Assembly (NCBI GenBank): GCA_036495445.1 | Contig: DASXMX010000445.1 | Span: 1 to 25,291 of the forward strand | From: Tepidisphaeraceae bacterium | Lineage (GTDB): Bacteria > Planctomycetota > Phycisphaerae > Tepidisphaerales > Tepidisphaeraceae | Reading direction: 5' to 3' | Length of the DNA: 25,291 bases | Part shown: positions 24,558-25,291 of the stretch, piece by piece | Numbering within the stretch: the first letter of the stretch is position 1 | How the letters are laid out: each line of letters opens with the position of its first letter | Made by a program: the position numbers and the translations under genes | Notes under the pieces: model-generated | Databases searched by the model: none | What the model saw: the letters and a program-made list of their open reading frames with translations, nothing else | Told to the model about the DNA's origin: nothing

Positions 24558-24622
24558 GCCTCGCTCAGCCCTCAGCCCTCAGGTCTGCCCGTCCCCCCAT
24601 CCCCCTTCGACTCCGCTCCGCT

Positions 24623-24790
24623 CCGCTCAGGGTCTTCAGCCACCACCGCTACGACGTCCTCCTGCTCATCAACGGCGTACCCGTCGTCCAGGTCGAGCTG
24701 AAGACGCTCGGCATCAATCCGCGCCGGGCGATCGAGCAGATCGTCGACTACAAGAACGACCCCGGGAACGGCTATCCTGCTCCCGATGAA
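24623..24790 (+). pseudogene. remnant of a type I restriction enzyme HsdR N-terminal (HSDR_N) domain
   Basis: HRYDVLLLINGVPVVQVELKTLGINPRRAIEQIVDYKND matches the HsdR N-terminal nuclease-domain motif (RPDYVLFVNGIPLVVIELK-type). It lacks upstream and downstream continuation. Upstream sequence is replaced by CTCAGC/CTCCGCT repeats. Confidence 0.4.
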
Positions 24791-24807
24791 CTCCGAAAAC
24801 GTCGGTT

Positions 24808-24960
24808 TACGCGTACGTCGATGATGAGGATCTGGACGCTGAGGCGCAGCTCTCCGGCACTCGTATCGGGCGTCTGAATTGCTGTCGCGACCGCGACCGG
24901 TTCAAGGTCGCGAACATCGAAGTTGAGGAAAGCGAACGCGGGAAAGGCATCGGCAGCGAG
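24808..24960 (+). pseudogene. possible GNAT acetyltransferase motif-A fragment (…RFKVANIEVEESERGKGIGS…)
   Basis: Start-less frame with an R-G-K-G-I-G-S motif preceded by a beta-strand-like segment. No intact N- or C-terminus. Confidence 0.2.
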
Positions 24961-25238
24961 CGGTCTCAGTCTCCGATTTGGCGGAGACAATACGCATGTG
25001 ACCGCTTGGGGGGTGTTCTTCCTTATTCCAATCAAAATCCGCAAACTCTTGATATTTCTTATTGCTCGTTTTCTGCGTGAGTGCTAGGATCATCCTTCCC
25101 GCCAACCGCGTCAAGGAAGATCGTCAATGCCTGATCGGAACAACAATGACCGACCTCTGACTTCGTAGCCGGAGAGGTCACTTCCGAACGTTTAATCTGT
25201 GATTGCCGCAAGCGATCACAAAGCGCAGGAGAACGACA

Positions 25239-25291
25239 ATGAAAATCCTCACGTGGCCGACGTCTCACGTTCTCGATGGCCGCCTGGTTAC
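25239..25291 (+). CDS. 5' end of an unidentified gene (MKILTWPTSHVLDGRLV…), continues beyond the window
   Basis: AGGAG 8 nt upstream of ATG 25239. Confidence 0.3.
   Translation, partial: MKILTWPTSHVLDGRLV

Noticed and set aside
23880-24640. Integron attC sites flanking the brnTA cassette
   Set aside because: The flanking blocks are short-period CTCAGC/CTCCGCT repeats without the GTTRRRY…RYYYAAC R-box pair or the bulged-stem attC architecture, and no intI is in the window. Kept only as a generic cassette-like observation.

Overview
This is a high-GC (about 65-70%) window of chromosomal, Planctomycetes-like DNA. The taxonomic guess is inferred from the PSCyt/PSD1 (DUF1549/DUF1553) + DUF1501 gene pair, the DUF4058 gene and Tat-signal sugar-phosphate isomerases, all typical of Planctomycetota. 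Gene content left to right: (1) a translationally coupled ArsR / SRPBCC(AHSA1) / DinB stress cluster, followed by a BNR beta-propeller gene coupled to an orphan MoaD/ThiS-like GG-terminated protein; (2) the PSCyt-PSD1 and DUF1501 pair; (3) an orphan DUF4058 gene; (4) an NfeD(YqiJ)-flotillin operon, then a minimal 2TM K+ channel; (5) a Tat sugar-phosphate isomerase, three unknown secreted or membrane proteins, a TlpA-like thioredoxin, an aldo/keto reductase, a TPR + GT9-like protein, a periplasmic TPR-like protein and a duplicated FbpB-like ABC permease; (6) at the 3' end, a decayed accessory patch holding a periplasmic PLD/Nuc endonuclease, a brnT-brnA toxin-antitoxin pair whose toxin is frameshifted, an HsdR N-terminal remnant and a GNAT remnant, embedded in unusual repeats. 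The most striking signal is not a protein. It is a family of roughly 200-bp intergenic long-hairpin elements: four copies in the window, a core-only copy embedded in-frame in a CDS, and a second REP-like double-hairpin family that abuts them. Their heptamer-repeat arms differ between copies but stay complementary to the opposite arm, which points to selection on structure. No rRNA, tRNA or CRISPR was found. The long antisense ORFs in the track are GC artefacts.
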